This document shows, in pieces, positions 10,401 through 22,415 of a DNA stretch of 64,000 bases (its first letter is position 1; each line of letters opens with the position of its first letter). The notes beneath the pieces are model-generated. The model ran no database searches. It was not told the DNA's origin and saw only the letters and a program-made list of their open reading frames with translations. Source of the stretch: Raillietiella orientalis (lineage: Eukaryota); the NCBI GenBank assembly GCA_036172245.1, contig JAYWIR010000005.1, positions 6,138,001 to 6,202,000 on the forward strand. Direction: 5' to 3'. The position numbers and the translations under genes are program-made.

Positions 10401-13400
10401 TTCATCGGCTGCATCCCTTTGCCTCAGGAGAATGTCTGTCGCCACCGTTCCAGCCGGCATCCTGGCTTCTTTCCTCATCGTAATTCCCTCTAGATGTGCT
10501 GCCGCACTGCGGCCATTCGTGAGTGGAGGAAGAGGGTCTGCTGGAGTGTCCAGCTCCATCCCGCTTACCCTCCTCCTTCCTAGGGAGCGTGGATTTCTGG
10601 CTGGGTAAGACTGCCGCAGCGTTGCGGGTCTAATGGTGATGGAGCGAAGAGCCTCTGCACTTCTGGCAGGGAGACCGGAGGCGTTCTTTCCTGCTAACCG
10701 TCGCGCCCTGCCGATCGGCGTCCCTAGGAGGAATGGTCCCCTCTTGTAGGGAGCGCGGACAAGAAGCCGGCTAGCTCGCGAGGCGTTGCCATCGGCAAAG
10801 CTCTCTCCACTGGCGATCCGCCTGCACGCCTCTGTGCCAGAGGGAGCCCACTCGCGCGGAACAAAAAATAGGCTGTCGCCATGACAATGGAAAGAAGGGA
10901 CGGTAGGTGAAGGAAGCAAGATTGCCACCTTCCTTTTCCCTTCTCAAGGAATGAAGAGGACATTCTTCCCAGAGGAGGGAGGGAACGATGAGCGTTTTCT
11001 GCAGTGATGCCAAACAGTCCAGCTTCCTCTCGCCTCTTCTTCTTCAGTTGCCCTCCCCCTACGTTTCTCTTTGCTGCGTTCATAATCGTTTCAGTGGAGT
11101 CTGCATGCGAGATGCGGCAGCGGACGGAGAAGAGGGAAAGAGCGTTTCCTCCTTCTCCCTCTCCCCTCCTTCCCTACTTCGTACAGACTCCGCGCAAGGG
11201 AAGCTAGCGGGCGCTCGAGGCTCAAAGACGGCAGATCGGGATTACAGGATCTCCTTCCAGAGGATGACACAGTGAAAAGCCCCAGATTTTCAATGGGAGT
11301 GACAGAACAAGCCTCCTCCAAATTATACTTACGTCTGCTGTCGCCACCCACCTTGGCAACGACCGCGTAGGCTCTTCAGCACTCTCCCAGCATCGAACTG
11401 GGGAACGGAAGGGAGCACTAGGATGGGAAGGGGAGGAGACAGGAGAAAAGACCTTTAATGCTGTGAAGGAAAGAAAAGGGTCACTCCTTTGGTCGAGCAG
11501 GTGCTCTGCACGCTGCATTCACTGTGCGGAGGAGTGGAGCGCCCCTGCCGTCGCTTGGCTGCAGGTGAGCGCCATCCTTGCGGAGGACAGCACGAAGATC
11601 GGCCGTGTTTTTCTCAGTCCCCCCTCCGTCCTTCAAGTTCCCCTGCCAGCGTTATCACAGGTAACGAGACGAGTCCAAACGATTCGTCCTGAGCCTTCCT
11701 CTCTCCTGCCTTGCGAGAGTCGTGCGCAGGTGGCACTAGCAGCATCACTGCGGAGCGAGAGAGGTAATGGGGTTGGGGCGCGTCGCTGGCGATGGCGGAG
11801 ATCACTGTGTCTACCGGAGGCCTGGGAGGAGCAGAAGTGACCAGGTCGAATGGAGCGCAGCTTGACGCTTGCGTGCGTGTACTCCCGCGACCCCAAGGAG
11901 CGACGTTGGAAGCGCAACGCTCAAGCTTCGAGGGCACTCTCTTCCTCCGGTCAGCCACTAGCCTGTAAGAGGGGGCCAGGCGAGAGAGCAGCCAGAAGGG
12001 GTAGTGAGACGAAGCTTTAGTCCAGAGGAACTATCGGGGTGCTGATGGCCTTGTTCTTCTTCTCCTGTGGCGCCAAGTAGCCCGAAAACTCTAGCAGGGT
12101 ACATTCCAGTCGCCATGCTTCTTTGAGGGAACGGGTCGCGTCCTCACTGACATTTGCACACTGTAGGCACTCCTTTGCATGCAACCATTCGCCGGGAATC
12201 TGCAAAGTCAAGTGGATAGCCCTTCTAAACAGGGGAGAACTTTGAGTTTCCTCCTTCCCCTCTGATCTTTGTGAGCTGGTTGCTGGGAAGCAATTGAGAG
12301 ACCCGCCGGGTTTCGTGAGCTCATCGCTAAAGGAAGGCATAGAGGGAGAGGAAGGAGGGAGAATAGGTTCCTTGCCGACGATAGTCAACACTTGGAACAA
12401 CTCTCCATCCGTCGCTAGGCTCCCTTCTTCTCATCAGTGGAGATGAGTAAGCATCGCCGTTGCTGCGCAGTCGGACTCGTCTCGACCCTTCTGCAGGCAC
12501 TCAACTCCAAATCGTTCACTCCAAGCTTGATGCCAGAACTGGAGCCACAGCAGAAAGGTCCTTCCTTCTTTGTTCGGAGGATGAAAGGAACGGGGCGACG
12601 GCTCCCCACGGATCCGTGGGAGGATGCAGATGATGGGTCTCGACAACCACTGGTTTTTAAGGATTAAGGTGCAACAGCTGGTGTCCCGCCCAGCTAGAGG
12701 CGTGCACGTGAACCAGCCGGCCCTCGCAGCAGCCGACCTACGACTCACCAGGGACGCTTGCCTTCGAAGTGGAACTCTCCCTCGGGAAGAGCGTTGGAGA
12801 GGCTGTATTTCCCTGTGGATCCAGCCTCGATCCAGCCACATTAGTGATCCCCTCTTTTCTGCAGTGTCCCACCCATGGGCTCGCGCTGCCGTCTCCGCGA
12901 AGGCTGGAGAAGCGCGCATCCTTCCCATGAGCTGGAAGGCCTCCTTCTGCACAGAGGATTCACGGTGAGGAGGAAGAAGGGGAGAAAAGTGGAGGAAAAG
13001 GAGAAAGGATAGAAAAACGGGTGCAAAGATCTCTCTCTGAGATGGAGGCTCGGTGAAAGGTGAGTTTCCATTCCAAAGAAACACCCGCCCTCCCGCAGGG
13101 TTCGGAGACCAGGGTACAGCTCCTGATCGGGAGAGCCAACGGTGTGGCTCTGAGAGCGCACGCACCATCGCAGAGGGGCAAGGAAGTGGAAACCTCTAGA
13201 GAGACCCAGGCACCGTCGGTCTTTCTAGCCTGCGCTCTCGAGAGTTTTCTTGGTAGATGCACGTCCTTTTGCTACTCGGAAATTCGGACGCACACTCTGA
13301 GATGTGCGCCCCGCATTCTCGGAGCTCAGCTGGTGCTGCTGCCCGACATCCTCCCGAAACATGCCGAAGGAACTCCCACTTCCTTCGAAATTGGCATTCC

Positions 13401-13643
13401 TGGACTCATTCTCTCTTCCTCTTCCTCTCCTCGTCTGTACCCGGGCTCCGAGGGAGGCGACCTCCCGTCTGGGATCCTTGCTCCCGACTGAGCAGTGGCT
13501 CCGAAGCGCCCCTGCCGCGCCAGGAGGGATAATCCCAGGACGAGGGATGGGAAAGCAGACTTCTGGAAGCGGCCTGGTTCCTGTGCACGGACGCCATCGT
13601 TCCCTTGCTCCATACCGGAGACAGGAATCCCCCTTGGGGTGAG

Positions 13644-14102
13644 GGACGTGTGCTGATTGCCGCAGCAGTGCATGCACGCACCCACTTGCCCTACCGTGTG
13701 GTGGCACCTGCTTTGAGGGTTTCATTACACAGAGCAAGGACACCCGCATACTGCGCATTTCCTGCTCGTCCAGAAAAACGGAAGAGATGCGAGGGAACCT
13801 GAGGTGCCTCCAGTGAGGTGGGATCTCAGTATGGCCATCTCTTCCTTCCCATCGGGAAGAAACCTCCTGACTAGCAGGCCAGCAATCCGTCCGCCGATCC
13901 CAGACCACAACAAAGCGAAGGAGGGTGCGAGCTGAGAGGACGAGACCTTCCAAAGCCGAAGTGCCCTCACCATGGCTGCCACTTATGGAGCCAAAGCGAG
14001 GGAGGAATTTTCCAAGAAGTCCATTTGGATATCAAGAGAATTTCTTGAAGAATCTTCCTGTGGAAGAGGGAGCTCAAAGGACATCATCGCACTTGTGGAG
14101 TC
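13644..14102 (+). mobile_element. Degenerate non-LTR retrotransposon (LINE) reverse-transcriptase fragment
   Basis: Frame-shifted pieces occur in the expected order: RVLIAAA..HPLAL...CFEG, AHFLLVQKNG, RNLLTSR, FQSRSA, HLWSQ...VHLDIKRIS*R...TCGV. These echo the LINE RT motifs RVLKECA..PL, A.V.PVHKKG, GFR.GRS and LDI.KAFDRV...KL...G. Confidence 0.4.
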
Positions 14103-17100
14103 TCTTATGAGACCCGCCCTCTCATGTCTCGGTGTTGGTACGCACCAGAAGTAATGGAAATGACGTGATTCTGTTGCAGGAAAATGCAGAGTGAACCCAA
14201 AAGCAACCTTTTTGGAGTAAGCCTCAGATTTGCTATGCCTAACAGTTAAAAAAGAGACATCTATTTATAGGTTTCGTTTCCCAGCACATTCCATGTACAA
14301 CAAAATAATGCGCCGTGCAAGGTCTTTGCATGGTAACAGCAACTCACGTGAAATAAGGACGAAATGATCACACAATCTGTGTTCTTGTGCAGGATTGAGA
14401 CCTCTAAGCGGCTCTCTTTGAGAAAGAGGAATAGTTGAGTGAACACGACGGCTTCAAGGGATTTTAATGGTTTCTGTATAAACGGAGCTCGCCGTCGACA
14501 CTTTCACACCTAGCGATGCAGATGCGAGCGATGTTTCAATTTTTCGTGAAATAATGCGAACTCGTGTATTACTCGTATAATTAGTACTTTGCGCAACGGA
14601 ATAGCACAGTTGGATGTGCCTATGCGGGAAGATAACAATAAGTGGAGGCAGCGTTACGCCTGCATTCCTTTGCTGACGTAATCCGTCCGAAATTAGTGGC
14701 ATGCAGCGAAGCTATTGCCATGGCGATCCGGCGAAACACCTAGGCAGCCGCATTGTTGGATAGGCCTACGTACCCGGTGCTATTTTCGGTCAGACTGCCG
14801 TCGAAAATCTTCAAGAGAGAAAAGGACAAAACGGAAATTTAAAAGAAAAAGAAAAAAAAAAGGCACTCCATTTCCGGCAATTAGCACCTTTCGACGAGCG
14901 GGAAAACCCGTTCGTTGGCCGTTGTTGACTTTTGTGTGCTCGTCATGAAATCAGTGATGTCGCCATTTTTTTTCCCGGCTTAACGGGAGGCCAAGCATTG
15001 CACAAGTCCCTCGCTGCGAGGGGCATCTCCGAATTCGACTGATAAAGATTCTCGTGGCAGGACATCTCTTTGAAAGCACATGCCGCGTGCCGTGGCACAA
15101 GGGAGACATGAGGAAACGGTTGAAGGAAGGGACTTTTTTTTTTTCTCCGAGGAAATAGGTTATACGGAGAGCAAACCATCCCCCCATCATGGTCAAGTCA
15201 GAGGAGCAGAGGTTACTAGAGCATTACAACTGTTATTTAAAGGGGTTAGGTAGGAGGCACAGGGCGAGGCTTCGGGTGGCAAACAGGAGAAAAGAGGAGG
15301 CAGAGGGAGGCAAAAAGAGAAGCCAAAAAAAAAAAAAGGTACATCTTACCTGTTGCCTGGGAGCGATCGCTCTTCCACGTACCAGCAGCAGCAAGGAACG
15401 GTCTGGGAATGAAGTTCTCCCGTATGCGCGTGTTATTTTTAATGAAACGGAAGTGGCGGGCGAAACATGAAGGATGTCATTCGGAAGAGAGTAAAGGAGG
15501 CTCAGCATCCACCCGCCGTCTTTTATTAGGCGTGTCGTTCATTCATGGGTAGAAGTGGGAAAGCCTGCGAGCGTCTCCGGAAGCCCTCGAGAGAAGGCAT
15601 TAACGATGGTCGCATCCGACTCCGCTGTTTTTTTTTCTTCCTTTTTTCTTTCCTTTGATCAGCGGTTCGGACGGAGCCTTTCGTAGAAGAAGAGTGGGAG
15701 GAGAGGGCATTGGAATCTTGTGATTCTAGCATCCTCTCCTTCCTCTCTCTTCCTCCTCCTCCCACGTCTTCACGCCCCTGGCTTGGGCGAGCAAACCGGC
15801 AGGGGGCGCGGAAGCCCGTCTCAGTTCCAGCCTTGCGATGAAAGGTGATGATGATGGGCCGGGGAGAGGAGAAAGGGGGGTAGAGCAACATCTTCCGGCC
15901 TGAAGGGCGAGTCCTTCGAAACTCTCCCTGAGAAGGAATGCCCACTGCCGAATCCTCCCCCTCTTTCTCCGGTGCCTTTCCGCCCTTTCTCCTTTCCCGT
16001 TGCACTGGAAGATGGTCTCTTCCGGGGGTTGGGGTCATCCTTCCTGTTGCAGCCGGTGCGATGGGCCCTCTTTTTTTGTTTGCTCGTTTCCAAGTCCTTT
16101 TGTCTCCTTCCCCGCGCTTCCAGAGCCCCGTACGGGACGCGCGACGAAGAGATTGGGTGGCGACGGCACGCTGATTCAGCTGGAGAGCTGGCCGGACCGG
16201 AAGCGGAGGCTCCCCTCGCAGCACCCTCGTTCTGGCGTTCGCCGATGTACCAGGGAGTCGGCATCCGGTGGATCCTCCCACTCCACCCCCGGAACCCTGA
16301 CCTCACTGACTTCGCCTACCCGCCCCTACGCTCCCTACTCCTCTTTTTCTCCCGAAGTCTGGCTCATCCGAGGTTGCTCCCAGAAGGGACTGGACGCCAC
16401 CTCGCCGGTGGACGACGGTCAGGGAGAGCCGAGAGCCCTAAGGGGACGGGCGGGTGGAGGAAGAGGGGATTCGGACCGGAAGTTTGCTGGAAAAGACTTC
16501 TCTCCACGACTCTCTCGTGAGACAGGGGTCACCGGCTGCACGAGAGAGTCCGGAGCATTTGAGTGTGCAGTGGGGTCAGAGTCAGAGGCAGCCCTCGGGG
16601 GATGCGGGGGAAGAAACAGGATGGGGCGGAGAGTCCGCCCTCGCGCGGAGGAGCGCGGGGACAGCCCATCCGGAAGCGGTCTGGGGGACACGGGGCAAGA
16701 GGCCATCTGAGACCCCTAGGGAAGGGATGTCACCGTGGTGATTTGGGAGCAACTCAAACCTCTTCATTGGAGAGAGAAAGGAAGCCCTGAAGGGAACCAC
16801 CATCGGCAACCTCATGTCAAAAGGGAGAAAGGTTGGATAAGGGCTAAGGTGATGAGGTCGTTGTAGTCTGAGGGGAGGTGCAGAAGCCCCCGGCGGAGAG
16901 GAGACCGCCAGAGCCCCCTCTGGACGAATCCCTGGCGGAGAGGAGCAAGGAGGAGCTGCGCCCGGGACGGCGGCAGGTCGGTCGCCAGGCGACCCGAATA
17001 CCGGGGAACTCCAGCGCCTTCTCCTGCGTCGAACGCGGAGGGACGAGCTCGGAGACGCGCACGTCCTGGGTCCCAGACCGGCCTGGAGAGGAGGAGGAGG

Positions 17101-20100
17101 AGGAATAGACGTTCGTTACCAGGGAACTCGAAGAAGGGAGAGGAAGAGGGGATAAGGGAGAAAAGGAAAGGGGAGGTGCTGCCGTCTGCGTCCGTTTCTT
17201 TCCGAGGGACTGCCAGCCGCCGCCGGCGTGCGCGCTCCCCTCGCTCGGCGCCAGGCAGCTCGTTGGCTCACGCTCACGTGCTCAAAGGAGCGCGCTTCCG
17301 ATCCCCCCTCACCCTGCCTTCCCGTTCGCTGGAGCGTGTTCGCGCCCAGGCACTTCCGCTCCGTGCGCGCCGCCTGCCTACGTGTCCCTACGCGCTCTCG
17401 CAGGTAGGCCGCTGTGCAGGTCGATGCCATGCACGCGCGCACCAGGAAGGCTCCCGTCCCCTCCCGCCCGTTCCCCTGCTGCAGCCGGGGGGTCCTCTTC
17501 ATCGCCGCCATCCATTCCTCTGGGAGGAGATGCTGCTCCAGAGCGCGCGGCTGTCACCCCGGCACCCCCGTTCCGGCTGGACTTCCTTGCGCCAGCGCCG
17601 AGCACGTAGAAAGGGGAGGGAGCAGGTGCACATCCGCTGAGGAGAATCGGTACTGCAGGTCTCCAGTTCGCGTGGAACCCCCACGCGCAACCCACGCGCG
17701 AGCGCGCCGCCTGCCTGTGCGTTCCCGCAAGCTCGCAGGCAGGCCGCTACGGGCGATGTGGGCGGAAGCGCCGGAGGGCAAGGTGAGCGGGCATTGCGAG
17801 TGCGCAGACGGGAAGGGACGCGAGCTGCCCGTGGGGGACGCTCGCGAATGCGGTGGTAGCGTCGTTTGGGCTCGCCATCCTCGGCCCTCCCCCCGAGGTC
17901 CTGAACGTGACGGCGGGGCTCAGTTCGACGCGGGGGCGGGGGAGCAGCAGGGAGCCCTCCAAGCGCGTGCGGACACGCCCACTGCCTCTGGTGAATTCCC
18001 CGGGATACGCGCGCCGCGGCGTGAGAGCGGCGGGCCTCGCCCCGCGCTACGCCCACGCCGCGGCGCCACCGGGTGACCTCCGCGCCCGGGGGGACGCCGG
18101 CGAGCCCTCGCGTTTCCAAGGAACACTCTCGAGGTCTTTTCGGCGACCACGTTCTCCCTCTTCCCAGGGACACCTTCTCTGCTCGGATTCCCATGGTCCA
18201 ACGAGTCTTCCGCTCGTGGAAGGATTCGGGCTCTCATACACCACCTCCGCCCCTCCCCGAGCTCTTCGGAAAGCTGCTTGGCGGGAAACTCCCAGTCCTC
18301 GCGGCTGCGCGACCTCCGTCGACCTCCCAGTTCAGCTATGGGCTGTGTGTGGGCTCTGGCTCGCGACCAGAAAGATGGCGCATGCGCGGGGCACTGCACG
18401 CCGGGAGAGCATCGCGGGACCCCAAACTGCGAGTGTCTCTGTGCCCCTTCCCCTTCCTCCTCGCGGGAACAGTCAGCTCATGCTGAATCGGTGCGCACCC
18501 TGGGGAATCAAAAAAAATGAAAAAGGAAAAACGAGCGGATCGTTCGCGGCCCGCAACCAGCCGAGGAAGGGCTCGTGCAGGCGGAGGAAGGGGGAAATTC
18601 AGGGCGGAAGCGGTCGGTCCGCTCTTCAGCGTCGAAGGGCCTCTGCTTCCGGAACGCCAGCGATAGGGGCGACGGGTGACGCGCGCTGGCAGTCGGCAAC
18701 GAGCGCGCGCGCAGCTTGGCTTTCGAACTTCCCTCCCGGAAGGAAGCGCCGCGTCCGGGCAGCTGCCTAGCGTGTTGCCAAGGCTTGCTACGGCATCTGC
18801 GCTCTCCTGGAGAACGCCTCCCCCCTTCGCGGAACGACGAGGGCAAGTCTCCCTCCCTGCCCCGGGGAAGCAGCACTGGTCGGCAGCGGCGGCGGGTAAC
18901 CCTCGGATCGGACGCGTGCGACCAGATACTCCCCGGGCAATCTCCATCGGCAGGAGACCCTCGAAGCGGTGGACCCGCCGCAGACCGTGCTGAGAATCCG
19001 GACGACGCGTTCCTTCTGGGAACACCTCGGACTGCCGGAGGGGCGCGTCTTGCGCGCTGCTTCGGAGTTTTCTTTTCGGAAGAAGCAGTCCGCGCCCTTG
19101 ACTCACCCCGTATCCGTGCAGGGTCAAGGGAGGTACACAGGGACAAGAACAGGACGCTGGTGGAAGACTCGCCTACGAGCGATTGCAGGTCGGAAGCGGA
19201 TGGCAGAGGCGGTTCCAGAGGAAGTCGTTCTGAGACGCGGCTGCGGAGACCGTGCTTGGTGGAAACAGTCCTTGCTTTACCTCGGCACTCGAGGCGGAGG
19301 ACCAAGAGGAATTCAAGTTCATCAAGGCTCTTCGATATGGGAGTTCGAAAGATGAGGAAAAAAAAAAACACGTATCTTAGTCCTCCGGCATCATCCTTGA
19401 ATAGTATCAGAGCATTAGCAAGAGGACTGATCAGCCAGGGATGAAGCTTTGAGATTTTCGCGCTTCAGTTTTCCTCATCAACAAACGCTGAAGGGTTAGT
19501 TCCGAAGCTTCCTGAAAGGCCTTTACTCCCCTCCCCCCATCACTCAACAGAAATAAGGGTGCTTGAGAGATTTTGGGAACCGAGAGATCAGTGCTTCACT
19601 TGTTGTTCAGTGGTTCACTTGGTCAGTGCTTTGTCCTTCCTCAGTTCAAAAGGCAGCGTCCCTCCAAAATCTGACCACTGCAGTTTCTGCTTTCGAGATC
19701 CATCCGAGCTCATGAACAAGGATGGCACGTCAAAAACAGACGTTTGAAAGTCATACGCATTAGGTGACCGTGTGCAAAGAATCAACCGGGCGCTCTCCAA
19801 TTAGTCCAGCCGCATGTCCTTCATGTTTGCAGTACGCCCACGCGGCACTTTACGTTTTTCATGCAGGGGCAGAATGAGGAGCCGTCCCGTCGTAGAAGTG
19901 GGGGGTGTCTAGGATGCTTTGTATCATTTCTAAAAGACTATTCGAGAAACGCAGCTTCTAAAAGAAACGCAGCTTCCGATGCTTGCGCATCCAAACAGGA
20001 GTGCCTCGCAGATCAAGTGATCTTACGGGAAGTCCGATGTCAGGAGCGCGGAGCCACCGAATTGAACCCAAAGTGACTGGTGAGAGAAGGATGAGGATAC

Positions 20101-22021
20101 TGCTGAGGGATCTCAACTTCGAACATGGGAGGAATCCCAGCATCTCTCTAAATCGTGCGTTGTAGAACCTCATACTCCAAAGACACCAGTCTTTGGAGCA
20201 CAGGTGTCCGCGTGAGCTATGCTTCCACATGGATGCTCAAGCCAATTCTCGCAGCTCAGATGCTTACCTTCTCGTATACCTCATATTAATAAGAGATGCA
20301 CAGCCTCTTCTCACTGAATAAGAATGCACAGTTCTGTATTTCCGTTTCCTGCGGTTGCCATGTGGTCTGCCAGCCGGATTCATCTGTTGGTAGTTTGGCC
20401 ATCTAAGGAGGCTCATGCTGTGATCCACTCTGAATGCTTATGCACCTAAACGCCCACCGTGGACGCTGTGATGCTGAGGCAAATGGTGATACTGATCAGG
20501 AAGGGTTTTTCCTGAAAATGGAATCGGAAGAGCACGTTCTGCGTTCCGTGTTTTTTTTTTTTTTTTTTTTTTTTTTTCTCTTTGCGGGGCACTGTTCGTA
20601 CTTTAGGGTTATGGCAGCGTGCTTTTATGAAAATGCGACGCCAATTTAGAAAATGCTCATCTCCACACTTCATAACGAATCAGATGTATGACCTTTTCAA
20701 TTCACGATTTTTTTTCCCTTCTTTTATTGGCCTCCAAACCCAAATGTGTGTGCCATTCAGAAGGCGAGGAAGGAATCTGCCGGGAGAAAATCAAGAGGGA
20801 ACGGCTCTTCGCGGCACACCCGGAGCACCTGAAAAGAAAGTGCATGTCGAAAGGCTGCGGTGTACACGGAACGCACTTCGTCGGGGTGTTCTCCATCGAG
20901 GAGAGCTTACGGGCGGACTGCGAGGAAAAAACGCAGCATACAAATACTTGTTGGGTCATGTGTTTTGGTACCCGTGGTTCTTTTTTTTTTTTTTTTTTTT
21001 TTTCCCCCGGGCGATGCCTGCCACACACATAGCCCGGGTTCACATCTCGTCCCGGAGTGCTTTTTCATATGCAGCAAATCCTTCCCAGTGATATTACTGT
21101 CAATCAAGATGATGTATGGGATTCGGCAACTCGGAACGAACGCACCGTGGTGTTCAACAATGTGTTTTTCAACCCTCTGCCATTTTTTTTTTTCCTTCGA
21201 GGTGAACACTATTAGGAGCCCGCCTGATCCGAAAATAGACTGCAACTAAAAATATATTTCCAGTTGCACCCTGCCTGTTTTTATGTGCTTTTTCCGATTT
21301 TTCGCGTAATTGGCAATAGCTTAATTAACCAGAATCCGGAGGAAGGACCCCGTGCATCCGTCTGCTTGAGAGAAGGCGCGCACTTCGGAAACCGAGCCGT
21401 TCCCGTTCGTGGGATGCCGTCCTCAAACGCGCCATTCATGGGATGCTCGCTCTTGGTGGTGCCGTGAAGAAAGAGTGGCCCGCGGTTAAAGATCCTCGAG
21501 TTCTCACAGTCGTGTGCAAGAAACTCTCGACTGGAATTCCTCGCATTCTCTGTCCGCAGCACACCTAAACACCAGGGTCGAAAACAGCTCAACAGAAGAC
21601 AACACTGCACTGTGAAAACAAAAGCCAGGATGACTTATTGTCTTGTGTGTGTCCGTATCTTCTTTCTCCGACTCTACTTAGCAGCTAATAAAACAGTGGG
21701 GCAGACAGACTAAAAAAAAAACACTATCATTTTATTTTCTCTCTCATCCTTTTCTGGCTGTGCCTGGCATCCGAAACGAGCCTTCGCTTCTTGTTTCTCA
21801 TTCCCGCTGATGCCTCTCGTGGTCCATGCCGTTCGGAGTACCTTCTCTTGATGAACTTTCTGGATCCCTAAACCGCCAATGGGCCTTGGAAACGGTATCG
21901 AGGCACCCGCTCGTTTGGAGGGGGAACTGCAACCTCCCGATGGAGGAACTTCTTGAAACTGTTTTATTAGAAACAGCGCTTGGCATAATGGATTTCGAAA
22001 TGATGTAAATGGAGTGGGGCT

Positions 22022-22415
22022 GAAGTATTTTCCATGATAAATCTCTAGAGTGGAGGAGGAAATGGATGATGGGAATCCTTCTTTTGTGTCTTCGCAGTTC
22101 TTCGACACGGTTCTACGCCACCCGAGGGTGGGTAATGCTTCAAGATGGGGAGGGGTCCGCCCTATCCGCTCCTGTTTTTACTCCTCTGAAGAGAACCCAG
22201 AAGGGACGCTTTCGAAGTTCAGAAGGACGCAGCTTCCCCGAAGGGATCGGCTCACGTCTCTGCACTCCCTGGAGAGGTGGTGGCGACATCTATCAGTCCG
22301 ACGCGGAGGGGTCCCCCCCGGAACAGGGGGTCCGCTCCTTCACAACCGGAGGGGGAACTCCCCACTCCGTGATACTCCCCTCGGAGGAAGTATTTTCCAT
22401 GATAAAACTCTAGAG
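22022..22415 (+). repeat. 29-bp direct repeat flanking a 336-bp segment
   Basis: GAAGTATTTTCCATGATAAA(T/A)CTCTAGAG at 22022-22050 and 22387-22415; 28 of 29 positions identical. Confidence 0.9.

Noticed and set aside
12017..12560. Minus-strand peptides resembling LINE ORF1 (KLGVNDLELSACRRV; ANVSEDATRSLKEAWRL) or a terminal exon starting at ~12199
   Set aside because: The two pieces are in different frames ~200 bp apart with no joining donor; similarity is too weak to call.
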